Shown one piece after another: positions 62,601-64,000 of a DNA stretch of 64,000 nt (within the stretch, counting starts at the first letter, position 1; every line of letters begins with the position of its first letter). Where the stretch lies: contig OZ249436.1 in NCBI GenBank assembly GCA_965235115.1, positions 15,500,001-15,564,000 on the forward strand, given 5' to 3'. The notes under the pieces were generated by a model. It saw only the letters and a program-made list of their open reading frames with translations. It was not told the origin of the DNA and did not search any database. This DNA is from Laetmonice hystrix. Its lineage: Eukaryota. The translations under genes and the position numbers were made by a program.

Positions 62601-64000
62601 ATGTTCACTCTGAGAATTTAAAATAAGCAAAGTGAAAAGGTCTATGATGAAGCTTGAGCTGACATACTTTCTACCAGCCATTCTGGTCAGTTTGGTGAAT
62701 AACTTCTTTGTCTCCTCTGAATCTTTCTGGAAAAGAAAACGACAACGTAATATGAAATCCATCTGTATATACTGACATTTTAGGAAAGCTCAGATGCTCC
62801 TTTAAATCTTTAATTTCCGGTGAGACTTTGACAACATTGACAGATTAAAAGTTTATTTTGACTCGATCTGACCCGTGTCTAACCTGTGTATCCCTGATGA
62901 AGGCAATGGTCTGCGGGAGGTCGTTGTTCTCCAGTGTCTCGGCAGCACTCAGGTGACACTCCAACTCATCAACCTGACGGTGTAACTTCTTTGACGCTGC
63001 TGACGCAACACTACAAACATTATTGTTAAAATGGACTGAAGAACTCATGGAAACCAAATGTAGATTAAATACCTGAATTAACGATGATGAAATATAATTT
63101 TTCTGAATGCTGCAACCACATAGTAGACCGACCTGTTCAACAACAGTACTATGATGCACAACTGTCAGTTATGCGAGACCTCTATAGACGACAGAATGAT
63201 GTCTAACAGTGATGGTCTCTGATTCTAGAGTCTATCCTCATCATTCTGAGTGTGAGATGCACATTGATCACTACTCACCCAAATCCTGGGTCAGGAAGGC
63301 ACTCCAGGATTCCAAAGGCATCGCTCAGTTGATCATTACTGTAAAACATGTTTAACAATGACAGACAGGTATTCATACAACTTTCTGTATAAAAGAGAGG
63401 CCATTTCAATCCACAAGACCTTCAAGTTAAAATATACTCCACAGCTGACTGAATATGTCCATATAATACAAACCAGGGTCATTTACCTACCTTTCACATG
63501 CGTAGATACATTCCAGTGCCATCGAGATCACTTTGTTTTCACTGGAAATCACGGGATCTGGCAGCTAAGAAAGATCAATACAACACAATTTTGTAAGTAA
63601 TGAAATGAAATTGTCATTGGATCACTACCTGTGACCTATTACTGCAGATACAACCCATTTACTGTGTACTGTCTTATAAACTTGTTAACTTGGGATCAGA
63701 AGATAAGACTTTGGATGTAAAAAAGGCTAGGCACTTAAGGCTATGACGCACCGGACAAAAATTTGATATCTGATCGGCACCGATTGCCTCCCGGCCCGAA
63801 CGGGTGCCGAACCAATTGTCACCAATCGGGTCGGGGAGTGCAGTGCCTCATAGCCTTAAGACGTCCACATGAATCTGTTATACTTACATCAGCCTTTGAA
63901 CTTTGGAAGACCTTCAGACACCTTGAGAGATCCTCCTTTGCCATGGTTACCAAGTATTCATGCATGAGATCAGTAAAACTTCCAGGTTGTTGTTTCTCAC
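50586..64000 (-). CDS. NBAS: NBAS (neuroblastoma-amplified sequence, Sec39-domain protein), 3' portion; the 5' end lies beyond the window
   Basis: 32 exons traced with consistent splice phases: 63888-64000 (partial), 63491-63564, 63279-63338, 62884-63010, 62668-62726, 62349-62451, 61991-62229, 61662-61774, 61343-61422, 60415-60510, 60165-60286, 59776-59863, 59294-59599, 58822-58957, 58534-58610, 57998-58298, 57701-57767, 57414-57521, 56915-57168, 56360-56478, 56060-56140, 55722-55835, 55365-55471, 55046-55208, 54102-54244, 53826-53933, 53190-53298, 52349-52435, 51982-52124, 51605-51719, 51303-51431, 50586-50873. Peptides match remembered human NBAS motifs: ALECIY, EYFNSS..LTD.CMDLAR, LQLA.Y.YSLQIY, GVDV.RFT....YKRETILGLA, MTHLEFLF, DLSRSE, LRPFC, GHEAEAGSLLL..RGTH.A.RTF. 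Confidence 0.95.
52528..53256 (-). repeat. 103-bp tandem repeat x7 containing the 3' end and donor site of NBAS exon 53190-53298
   Basis: Period 103 (TGGGTGGTC at 52560, 52663, 52766, 52869, 52972). Each minus-strand unit contains ...gatgttagagcag|GTAGGA or GTAAGA; the copies lack 10 nt (ggttgaacag on +) present in the real exon. Confidence 0.95.
54236..54585 (-). repeat. 43-bp tandem repeat x8 containing the acceptor site of NBAS exon 54102-54244
   Basis: ggacct core at 54241, 54284, 54333, 54376, 54419, 54462, 54505, 54548; minus-strand unit aaaactactgttgcag|gtccatgagccagagtaggtgacatgt. Confidence 0.95.
54728..54876. mobile_element. 149-bp MITE in NBAS intron (PIF/Harbinger-like)
   Basis: TIRs of about 24 bp, ggccccgtcttactaagccggcga / tcgccggcttagtaagacgggccc (1 mismatch), flanked by CAG on both sides. 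Superfamily is inferred. Confidence 0.75.
56507..56722. mobile_element. 216-bp MITE-like element in NBAS intron
   Basis: Imperfect 14-bp TIRs cagggccctggcta / taactagggccctg, with A5 on both flanks. Confidence 0.6.
62230..62348 (-). other. GC-AG intron in NBAS (119 nt)
   Basis: Exon ends ...TGT TAC GAG|GCAAGT and the next exon starts ggtcag|ATT TTC GTT GAA, giving CYE|IFVESLL, colinear with remembered human CYEIFTESLL. Confidence 0.8.
63739..63855. mobile_element. 117-bp TTAA-flanked MITE (Kolobok- or Harbinger-like) in NBAS intron
   Basis: TTAA|ggctatgacgcac ... gtgcctcatagcc|TTAA (13-14 bp TIR, 1 mismatch). Confidence 0.8.

Overview
Eukaryotic (metazoan, probably invertebrate) genomic DNA with one assembly gap (N 648-820). 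Three things are solidly identifiable. (1) A Gas1 (growth arrest-specific 1) gene on the minus strand with an intronless CDS at 25602-26498, plus a reconstructable TATA/Inr promoter, a 5' UTR exon and a uORF. (2) A complete, apparently very young BEL/Pao LTR retrotransposon at 39491-46296: 779-bp LTRs, CCTCC target-site duplication, one intact 1716-aa gag-pol ORF, but no canonical primer-binding site. (3) The 3' part of NBAS (neuroblastoma-amplified sequence, Sec39-like) on the minus strand, 32 exons traced by hand from the window end to the stop at 50586, including one GC-AG intron. The most unusual structure is three independent tandem arrays within about 4.2 kb of NBAS, each built from an exon boundary: 8 copies of a 3' splice site (upstream copies give an immediate in-frame stop), 7 copies of a 5' splice site (5 also carry a perfect GLI motif), and 3 copies of the terminal codons plus stop. 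The rest is intergenic DNA with minisatellites, microsatellites, small TIR elements and many decayed exon-like fragments (SRCR-like, integrin-alpha-like, LINE RT-like; all low confidence). No rRNA, tRNA or CRISPR was seen. Protein identities rest on remembered family motifs, not on a database search.
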